A stretch of 64,000 nt of DNA from a virus: the IMG/VR virus record IMGVR_UViG_3300017818_000007, positions 1-64,000 of that record; one strand, written 5' to 3'. The translations under genes were made by a program, and so were the position numbers. This document shows, piece by piece, positions 57,501-64,000 of this stretch (positions are counted from its first letter, which is position 1; each line of letters starts with the position of its first letter). Below the pieces are notes generated by a model that made no database searches, had not been told where the DNA came from, and worked only from the letters and a program-made list of their open reading frames with translations.

Positions 57501-60382
57501 CCACTACCAGGTGTGTTAATAGCACTAATAGTATAAACACCGTTGTTTCTATTAATGTCAAAACTTGCACCATTTCCTGCCGGAGCATCGTTAAATCCTT
57601 CTACGCTTGTAAATGATCCATTACCACTTACAGCACTACCACTTGCACTTACGTTAATAACGCCACCAATACTGTCAACACTTCCAGTGACTGTTAATGT
57701 TGCATCGTTAACGCCGTTTGTACCTCCAAGATCACTACCTTGAATTACAATTTCGTCATTAACTGCGTAATCTTGGCCAGCGTCAACTACTGTTGCACTG
57801 TAATTTCCGCCGCTTGTTGAAATATTAAATAGAGCACCGCTACCAACTAACAGTTCGTAGTTATTATTATCAACACTTTCATATGTTTGACTGTTTAAAC
57901 CTGTACCACTTTGTGAAAATGTTTGAATTGTTCCATTAACATCAACACTGTCAACTGTTAATGTTAAATCATTTGTAGGACTTGTACCACCTAATTGGTC
58001 ACCTGAAATAACTAGTGTATCACTAACAGCAAAGTTTGAACCACCATCTTGTAAAGTGACAATGTATGTTGTTGCATCTTTTTGTACATCAATACCAGCA
58101 AGTGTTCCAGAACCTCCTGTTGTATAACTTAAACCTGTATAATTTACGTTTGCATCAGTTGCAGTACCACTAACACTAACTGTTAAAATATTACCAAAAC
58201 TGTCAACACTAGTCACAGTAATTAAACAGTCATGTGTTCCATCGAGGCCGCCAAGTACACTACCTCTTACATTGATTCTATCGTTTACAATAAAATCAGT
58301 AGAAGCATTTGGACTAAAAATTTCAACACTGTAAGATCCACTAGTTTTTGTAATATTAAACTGTGCGTTAGTACCATTACCACCTTGTGTTGTACCGCCT
58401 AAGTTATTATATGTAGCAACACCGTCAAAACCTGTTCCACTAGCAACAAAGTTAATAACAGCGCCTGGAGTATCTGAGTCAGTGACTCTAATTTCAATAT
58501 CATGTGTTCCTGACTGGCCGCCAACACTACTTCCGTCAATTATAATATAGTCACCAATTTCATAACCACTACCAGGTTGATTTCCTACGACATTATAAGT
58601 TCCATTAGTTAATGTGACATCAAATGTTGCTCCAAGACCTTGTGGACTAACATTAAAACCTTCAACTCCAGTATAATCAATATTATCACCAGCATAGGTT
58701 TTTCGTGTTCCGTTTGCAAGGTTAACTTGTGTTCCTGCAATACTATTAATAAAGTTTGCTTGGCTGTCATCGTCTATGGCCATATTTTGTAAAAGACCAG
58801 TAGCATCAGAAACCGTAATTGTTTGGCTTCCTTGCGGAGCATCTTCTGCAATCGTAAGTGTAAGTTCAGGATTACCACCATCACCAATAACACCTGTGAC
58901 TTGCGTTCCTGTTGGAATAAATGCTGAGCCAACATCATCTAGAGGAGCACCTAGTTCTGGAACACTACCATAAAATGGCAATCTACTAGAACTAGTTGGT
59001 GTTGCTAGTGCTAGAGTAAATGTTCCTTGGCTACCGTTTGATGTGACTGTAAACGAAGGTGAATCAGAAATATTTGATCCTGTATAAAATCCGCCTTGTC
59101 TTAGTTGAATGTACGGAGTATACAGTGTTTCTGGATCAGTGACACCAACTTTTGCTTTTGCATAATATTCAAATGTACTATCAGATGGTACGCCTGTAAT
59201 AATAAACGAACCTTCTGCTCTGTTAAAACCTTTTACACTTGGTTCTAAACCTTTAATAGTAATTGGTTGTCCAATACTAAATCCATGATTACCTAGTGTT
59301 GTGACTGTAATTTTTGATTGACCAATTCCGCCTGTACCTGACGATACGTCTGAAGTCACGTTTGCAACAGTAGCATCAGTTCCTGGAACTTCATAAATTG
59401 AAGGATAACCTCTTAGCATTCCAATCGCTTGCCATTTAGTAGGCTGTAGGCCATACTCAAAGTCAGCGTCAAGCATTGATAATGGATTAGCAACACGATT
59501 ACGTTCAATAGCATCAGTACCAAAATCAAATGGTCTTGTAATTGTTTCTTGTTTATCTACAAAAATTTGAATGTTATCAGTTGATGCATTTCCTGTTGTA
59601 TCTGCATATAGTTGGATTGTTGTTAAGTAATCTGAAGTTTGTGTATAGTCATAATAATCATCATCGTGTTCAAAGTCTAACTGAGAAAAATCTCTTTCTC
59701 CATTATCAAACTTTTTAAATTTTGTTTCGGCTAATAGGTTGGTATCAGTAAAGTTATATAATACTTTACCCCTTGTGACGTTTGAAATTAATAGAATATC
59801 TTCTAAATTAACTTTTCCAAGTATCTTAATTCTTGTATATCCGTTATACTCTGTGTCTGGCAGTTGCCCTAGGCCACTAGTAATAACATTGATGATAATA
59901 TCAGCAAGGACTCCAACAGCAGTTGAAGCATCTGCTTCGCCAGTTTCACCTGTTGTGACTTGTGGAACTGCTGATTGATACGGACTGCTTTGAACAGTTT
60001 TTGTAAGAATATTACTTTGAATTAATCCTTTTAAAAACGTATGTGTTTCAATTTCTGGAGTTCTAGAACCGTCTACTTGAGGAGTGTCGCCGTCCCAATA
60101 TCTATTAGCAACATATACAGTTTCTTCATTACCGCCATAACGTAAATCGTTTTGATATGCATTGATTACGTATCCAACGTCTCTATCACACTTGGCTGAA
60201 TCGTAAGTATATCCATTCCAATCACCCAATCCCTCTGCAACTTTTGCGGAAATAAAGGCTTTGACTTCTGCTTTCATAAAAGCAATGTTAGCATCAAATA
60301 ATGTCCAAGCATTTGGATATTTGTTCCCTGCAAAGGATATACCTGGTGTAAATTTATATTCTGTAATTCGGGTTCTTGCCAT
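54524..60382 (-). CDS. Giant virion structural protein (1952 aa; baseplate/fibre-like)
   Basis: Gly/Ser/Thr-rich beta composition, internal repeats, location in the tail module. Confidence 0.75.
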   Translation of the reverse strand: MARTRITEYKFTPGISFAGNKYPNAWTLFDANIAFMKAEVKAFISAKVAEGLGDWNGYTYDSAKCDRDVGYVINAYQNDLRYGGNEETVYVANRYWDGDTPQVDGSRTPEIETHTFLKGLIQSNILTKTVQSSPYQSAVPQVTTGETGEADASTAVGVLADIIINVITSGLGQLPDTEYNGYTRIKILGKVNLEDILLISNVTRGKVLYNFTDTNLLAETKFKKFDNGERDFSQLDFEHDDDYYDYTQTSDYLTTIQLYADTTGNASTDNIQIFVDKQETITRPFDFGTDAIERNRVANPLSMLDADFEYGLQPTKWQAIGMLRGYPSIYEVPGTDATVANVTSDVSSGTGGIGQSKITVTTLGNHGFSIGQPITIKGLEPSVKGFNRAEGSFIITGVPSDSTFEYYAKAKVGVTDPETLYTPYIQLRQGGFYTGSNISDSPSFTVTSNGSQGTFTLALATPTSSSRLPFYGSVPELGAPLDDVGSAFIPTGTQVTGVIGDGGNPELTLTIAEDAPQGSQTITVSDATGLLQNMAIDDDSQANFINSIAGTQVNLANGTRKTYAGDNIDYTGVEGFNVSPQGLGATFDVTLTNGTYNVVGNQPGSGYEIGDYIIIDGSSVGGQSGTHDIEIRVTDSDTPGAVINFVASGTGFDGVATYNNLGGTTQGGNGTNAQFNITKTSGSYSVEIFSPNASTDFIVNDRINVRGSVLGGLDGTHDCLITVTSVDSFGNILTVSVSGTATDANVNYTGLSYTTGGSGTLAGIDVQKDATTYIVTLQDGGSNFAVSDTLVISGDQLGGTSPTNDLTLTVDSVDVNGTIQTFSQSGTGLNSQTYESVDNNNYELLVGSGALFNISTSGGNYSATVVDAGQDYAVNDEIVIQGSDLGGTNGVNDATLTVTGSVDSIGGVINVSASGSAVSGNGSFTSVEGFNDAPAGNGASFDINRNNGVYTISAINTPGSGYKIGNRITIAGNNLGGESPANDLIVSADTVDGTGGFTTASGTGSAKAGDTISVYSTISMSESTTGALAQGSDVDFDALATISVAFGSPHGLLPGSTFIVSVESGDDLTDGTGNNHYLAAGSFIATAVSALDQISYQALSVGAIDTGTNNDNPIRGTVYPRPDAFFVHRPFDGGVQLGTGSPVHGAQAIRQSKKYIRYQSGKGIMYTTGALFAPSYDILNASADGTAVNSTITVTTDDVDHGLQVGATIRIKGIETAGYNGQYAVDSVIDERSFTVRAKYILGDTTATLTDNPQCQTRLWHGAVVRAGTYDDQNGIFFEYTGKHLYCVQRSATFQLSGTCTAYKDQNEITGTNTRFQDQLSVGDRIVIRGMTHVVTKVNNQSSINVSPDYRGISNISGAKMAKVVDKKARQDHWNRDKCDGTGKSGYDLDISYMQMIGIQYSWYGAGFIDYMFRGSDGNFIMAHRMRNSNINTEAYMRTGNQPVRYEVINESAIGKLKSNISFSDTSIELEDASDFPEDGGTVYIDNELITYSSIDGNTLIGCTREAPLQQFASGATRTYTAGPADSHSAKTGMVLASNTTTPIIQHWGSSFITDGGFDSDRGFLFSYTSTGTQFSTTPFTSFLIRLAPSVSNALTGDLGERELINRAQLLLEGLEITTEPNASGQTGNIVVAGVLNPQNYPVNPDDIGWQGLTGVAQGGQPSFAQIAPGGSVNWNGGASTVTTTATTQAPITFNVQVWQKYNTNQSYWRSVSDRRQTLYIKETDYLANQATINDSIGKPITGTNIAAGTTITRVNTGDFLYDHVAGQYVNGVRLDISQRPSGTVGQNTAVTTTITNTFKDAPTSEMYFTKATWEASGATQGTSVASSETRFPANTSVSTVELKEWNNVEYYAVSFSQSTDSSTINKGTTTVTFDFTAPPYAQPGETIFGFVARPGERSTLDLSFIKELTNTTLGGRGTFPNGPDVLAINVYKTSGSAVSGELILRWSEAQA
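57370..58650 (-). repeat. Five tandem ~85-90 aa protein repeats in the 1952-aa protein
   Basis: Recurrent G.GA.F.....Y......G..Y...D.I.I.G..LGG.....D....V..VD..G unit; boundaries approximate. Confidence 0.75.
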
Positions 60383-60434
60383 GTGTTTTTCCTATTATCT
60401 TATACTATTTACCTTTATTTTCCATCTTTAAGAA

Positions 60435-62288
60435 TTAATCGGATTTGCCCGACAGTGTTGTTCCATATCTTGAATTAAATTTATTAAACAAAAATCTGTT
60501 ATTGCCACCTAAAAGAGACCTGTTATTTGTATATGAAGCATCATCTCCTGGATTATATATAAGATTTGTTTTTGCATTTCCAGTAATCCAGGCCTTTACT
60601 TCTGCCGGTGTTGCTTCTGGATTAACTTGCAAATATAATGCACACATTCCAGCAACTTGTGGACTGGCCATGCTAGTTCCTGAAATATTTACTTGTTTAA
60701 ACTCGCTATTCAAATAATAATCTTGACCGTTGAATCTGTTTGTATTACTACAAGCACTCATAATGTCAGTTCCAGGTGCCCAAACATCTACGCCAGGGCC
60801 GCATTCTGAACTTACATTTTTCTGCTCTTCATCAGAGCCAGCAATTTGAGAGTCAATATTTCCTACAATAATTGCTTCGTCGTCGTATGGAGAAGCACCT
60901 CTATGATAATACCTAGCACCATAAAATGTTGAATTATAATAGTTGTCATAATCATCTCCTCCAGGAACATCAATTTTTTGGTATGAGTTTCCTGCCGCAA
61001 CACAAATATTAATTCCTTCATCAATCATTTCTTGTATTTCTATATCAACTGAACTTACTCTTGTACCATATCTATAACCTGCTAGGCCGTAATAGGCTCC
61101 AACCATGCCATATTGTGTTTCTCTACTTGTTCCTGACCATGGTGTACCTCTATAAGTACCACCATTGATATTTGAAAAATAAGTTCCATATCCCCAACTC
61201 ATATTAACAACTGTTGGTCTAAACTTTTTAGTTGTTGAATAAATTGCTCCAGGCAACGCACTTACAAATTTGTGAGTTGTTGTGTCTGAAGAAATTCCGA
61301 TATTAACAGTAATAGTTGTTGACGTAGTTCCGGTGATTGCAACTTCCTTATCATAGTACGGATCGGTTCCAGTACTATTAGGAACACCAACACCCCTTGG
61401 ATAATCATGTACTGACGCATCGTTGTCTTTTGCACACGTAAATCTTAAACTTCCTGCTACAATTCTTATTTTGTCACCTACAACAAACGGGTGTGTTCCT
61501 AAAGTTAAACTCATTACTCCGGTGCTTGGAGTATATGTTGCCGCTGTTGGTGTAAATTTACTTTGTTTTCTTCTGTGCCATTCTTTAATAACATCAAACG
61601 CATCTGCTGTTGGAATTCCTGTTCCGCTATCTCCACTTCCTTCTAAACCACCAAGTTTTACACTGTATATTCTAGCATTTTTTGCCCAACCATAATTTTT
61701 ACCTGCTACTGTGCCAGCAACGTGTGTTCCGTGGCCGTCATAATCTCTATAATGATTAGCACTCTGTGTTCCAGTTAGACCACTAGCATCATACCAATCA
61801 ATTTGTTGTAAACGAGTATTACCTTGTGCATCTTCCCATTCAGGGTGATCTACTTCTATTCCGCTATCTTGAATTACAACATCTACTCCTGTTCCGTCTA
61901 AATGATATGTGTATCCTCCAGATACATCTGAACCATCATAAGGATTAGTTGTAGCATTAACTCTTGGCAATCCCCAATTTTGAAAATCGCCTGCAGATTC
62001 GGTTGTTTTTGTAAAGTTTCCTGTTTGTTCTACTGATAAACCAATTTCAATATCATCTCGTTGATCTGCTGGAAGTTCAACACAGTAGACTCTATTATCA
62101 GAACGAAGTGTTTCTGCTTCGCTGTCTGTAAGCATATAATGAGTTAGTCTTTGTGAAGCAGGTCTAGGGTTTGCAACAGATACTGCTCTATTAGGAATGG
62201 CTCCTGAGCCTGTTATTCTAATCATTTCAGCGTTAAACTGTACAAAGTCTACGCCTCTATTAAGACCTACAATATATTCTCTTTCCAT
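60435..62288 (-). CDS. Subtilisin-like (S8) serine protease with an inserted beta module
   Basis: Triad VVIQDSG, HGTHVAG, GTSMASP; start set at ATG 62288, after the upstream stop. Confidence 0.9.
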   Translation of the reverse strand: MEREYIVGLNRGVDFVQFNAEMIRITGSGAIPNRAVSVANPRPASQRLTHYMLTDSEAETLRSDNRVYCVELPADQRDDIEIGLSVEQTGNFTKTTESAGDFQNWGLPRVNATTNPYDGSDVSGGYTYHLDGTGVDVVIQDSGIEVDHPEWEDAQGNTRLQQIDWYDASGLTGTQSANHYRDYDGHGTHVAGTVAGKNYGWAKNARIYSVKLGGLEGSGDSGTGIPTADAFDVIKEWHRRKQSKFTPTAATYTPSTGVMSLTLGTHPFVVGDKIRIVAGSLRFTCAKDNDASVHDYPRGVGVPNSTGTDPYYDKEVAITGTTSTTITVNIGISSDTTTHKFVSALPGAIYSTTKKFRPTVVNMSWGYGTYFSNINGGTYRGTPWSGTSRETQYGMVGAYYGLAGYRYGTRVSSVDIEIQEMIDEGINICVAAGNSYQKIDVPGGDDYDNYYNSTFYGARYYHRGASPYDDEAIIVGNIDSQIAGSDEEQKNVSSECGPGVDVWAPGTDIMSACSNTNRFNGQDYYLNSEFKQVNISGTSMASPQVAGMCALYLQVNPEATPAEVKAWITGNAKTNLIYNPGDDASYTNNRSLLGGNNRFLFNKFNSRYGTTLSGKSD

Positions 62289-62289
62289 A

Positions 62290-63294
62290 CTATGCCCCAA
62301 ACACTATCGAATAAACAATGTCAGCAGAGTCAACATATTCTCTAGTTGTCACTGATTGTGGATCACTTGATCTTGTAATATTCTCTGACATTAATAATTC
62401 TGTAAATTTTCCTGTAGAAGGTTTACCCGCTCCTATTCTAGTATTTTCAATTGATGTATTCACAACTGGTAAATTGCTACCAGAGGAAGTAATTCTTCCT
62501 TGTTCAATATCGTTAACAGTAAACACAACAGCATTACCTGCTTTAAATTCTAAATTAGACTGAGATTCTAATGTTGGCTCACCCGCTGAATCAATTTTAA
62601 AACTTTTTGCAATAACATTTCCGCCAACAAATAAGTCTTTTGCAATACCTACGCCGCCAGCAGTAATTAATGATCCAGTAGTAGGACTTGTTGACTGTGT
62701 AGTATTTGTTAGTGTTAATTGTCCACTTTGAGAAATATTTGCATTAACAGCAAGGTCATCTCTAAATTCACTAGTTCCAGTGACTAATAAACTAGTAAAA
62801 CTACCAATACCTGTAATTTCTGGATCTACAAAAACAAAATCGCCTCGAATAGCATTTGCTACATCAGCATAATAATATCCACTTGCAGTTGCAGGAACTA
62901 CCCATTCAACATATCCATCTTGTTTATTATGTGCTAAATTACCTGTAGAAACAGTACCGTCTTTAACGTGTTGAATATCTGCTGTGACTAAGTTATCGTT
63001 TTCGTCTCTAATATTAAAACTAATAGATGTTAGATCTAAATTAAAACGATAAGTTCGGCCTTTTGTTAATGTAATATCTGGATTTCCGTCTGTTCCATCA
63101 ACAGTAAAGTTTCCATTTGATTCACCTATTGCAATTTCAACTGTTGTGAGTGTATCAGAAACCTGTTGAATAATATCTTCAATTGGTGTTTCACTTGATA
63201 AACTTTTTACAGATACATTACCGTCAGCATCAACCGTAAATCCCGGTCCTTTGAAGCCATATTTACTGAAAAATGGATTTAGTGTGACTGCCAT
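62290..63294 (-). CDS. Tail fibre-associated structural protein
   Basis: NP.ITL..G.TY.F, STS.TTG.L...GGVGIAK.L.VGG, T..YVD fibre motifs. Confidence 0.65.
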   Translation of the reverse strand: MAVTLNPFFSKYGFKGPGFTVDADGNVSVKSLSSETPIEDIIQQVSDTLTTVEIAIGESNGNFTVDGTDGNPDITLTKGRTYRFNLDLTSISFNIRDENDNLVTADIQHVKDGTVSTGNLAHNKQDGYVEWVVPATASGYYYADVANAIRGDFVFVDPEITGIGSFTSLLVTGTSEFRDDLAVNANISQSGQLTLTNTTQSTSPTTGSLITAGGVGIAKDLFVGGNVIAKSFKIDSAGEPTLESQSNLEFKAGNAVVFTVNDIEQGRITSSGSNLPVVNTSIENTRIGAGKPSTGKFTELLMSENITRSSDPQSVTTREYVDSADIVYSIVFGA

Positions 63295-63337
63295 TTAAAA
63301 TCTCCTATACACATATTTACCAAATTGTAGTAAACTG

Positions 63338-63757
63338 TTATACAGGAGGATTAATGGTTTTAAAGTATGTTGCTTGAAATAGCACTTTTGCACCAGCCAT
63401 ATCTGTGCTATCTTCTTCTTGTGGAGTGACAATTAAGTCTACATAAGAGTTATTGACTGTTGCTTTTACTTCCAAAATATGCTGTCCTAGATTACTACGT
63501 CCGTATACGGTTAAATCTGCTGTATTTTTACCTGCTGTGACTATACATTTTATAATTTCTCTATTAAATGTGTCATAGTCAGCAACAATTGAATATTCAA
63601 CAGCACAAAACTCTCCTAAATGCCACCTATCTAATCGTGTTTCAATAGGCAGACCCGCAAGTTTTTGCCACGGGCCTACATATGAAAAATTAGTGCCGTT
63701 TTTGAGAGCAAGTGTGTTTTTTGCACCTTTACTGAAAAAATACTTTAACCATTCCAT
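63338..63757 (-). CDS. Hypothetical structural protein
   Basis: Beta-rich; TAAATA-N5-ATG. Confidence 0.65.
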   Translation of the reverse strand: MEWLKYFFSKGAKNTLALKNGTNFSYVGPWQKLAGLPIETRLDRWHLGEFCAVEYSIVADYDTFNREIIKCIVTAGKNTADLTVYGRSNLGQHILEVKATVNNSYVDLIVTPQEEDSTDMAGAKVLFQATYFKTINPPV

Positions 63758-63765
63758 GTTAGTAT

Positions 63766-64000
63766 TTATTGATTCTTTAACGTAATCAACTTACCATGCT
63801 CTGGAAGATACAAGTATTCAATATCGCTTTGTTGTAGTGTCCAAAAAGCATCTTCTAGGGTTTCTACTAATGGTTCACCACCTAGATTAAAACTAGTATT
63901 AAAAATAATTGGAACTCCAGTTTTATCTTTAAATGTTTTAATTAAATCATAGTAGTGTTCGTTTTGATCTCTGTTAACACTTTGAATACGGCAAGTACCA
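63766..64000 (-). CDS. Carbamoyltransferase C-terminal end (gene runs off the window)
   Basis: Hand translation GTCRIQSVNRDQNEHYYDLIKTFKDKTGVPIIFNTSFNLGGEPLVETLEDA..., a NodU/CmcH C-terminal signature. Confidence 0.85.
   Translation of the reverse strand, partial: GTCRIQSVNRDQNEHYYDLIKTFKDKTGVPIIFNTSFNLGGEPLVETLEDAFWTLQQSDIEYLYLPEHGKLITLKNQ

Noticed and set aside
5779-62563. Many 60-135 aa antisense or alternative-frame ORFs inside long genes
   Set aside because: They are shadow ORFs of well-supported genes, with no translation signals or recognisable motifs.
1127-63768. TAAATA as a eukaryotic or giant-virus TATA-like element
   Set aside because: Gene content is T4-like bacteriophage with SD sites and sigma70 promoters; the motif fits the T4 late promoter core.
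1-64000. Alternative genetic code (TAG/TGA recoding) as in some large phages
   Set aside because: Core genes (terL, sheath, helicase, uvsX, primase) are full length in code 11, and TAG and TGA both act as normal stops.
1-64000. tRNA, rRNA, CRISPR arrays, inteins, introns
   Set aside because: No cloverleaf or repeat-spacer pattern found in the few intergenic gaps; helicase, terminase, RecA and primase have ordinary lengths. A tRNAscan/cmscan run would confirm.

Overview
The window is 64 kb of an AT-rich, large T4-related tailed phage (myovirus-like, probably aquatic, Gram-negative host inferred). It carries replication and recombination genes (DnaB/gp41 helicase, primase, UvsW, UvsX/RecA, UvsY, gp32 SSB, gp62-like clamp loader, dNMP kinase) and packaging and morphogenesis genes (terminase large and probable small subunit, gp4, gp13/14/15, tail tube, enlarged tail sheath, a 1952-aa fibre/baseplate protein, an S8 protease). 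Accessory load is heavy: a ~10 kb glycosyltransferase/methyltransferase island, an ADP-heptose (hldE/hldD) cluster, carbamoyltransferase, SGNH and 2OG-Fe(II) enzymes, YhhQ, AlgH and a C-N hydrolase. Most notable: (1) a glnA-type glutamine riboswitch directly behind a late promoter, upstream of a 64-aa basic peptide and next to a nitrilase-family gene; (2) a 189-aa miniature DnaE-type polymerase core with all three catalytic Asp; (3) a recurring TAAATA-N5-ATG arrangement implying leaderless late mRNAs; (4) a candidate ~100-nt late ncRNA; (5) a cluster of probable protease-processed internal head proteins between the terminase genes. All family assignments come from motif recognition by eye; no database searches were run. 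No tRNA, rRNA, CRISPR array, intein or recoded stop codon was seen.
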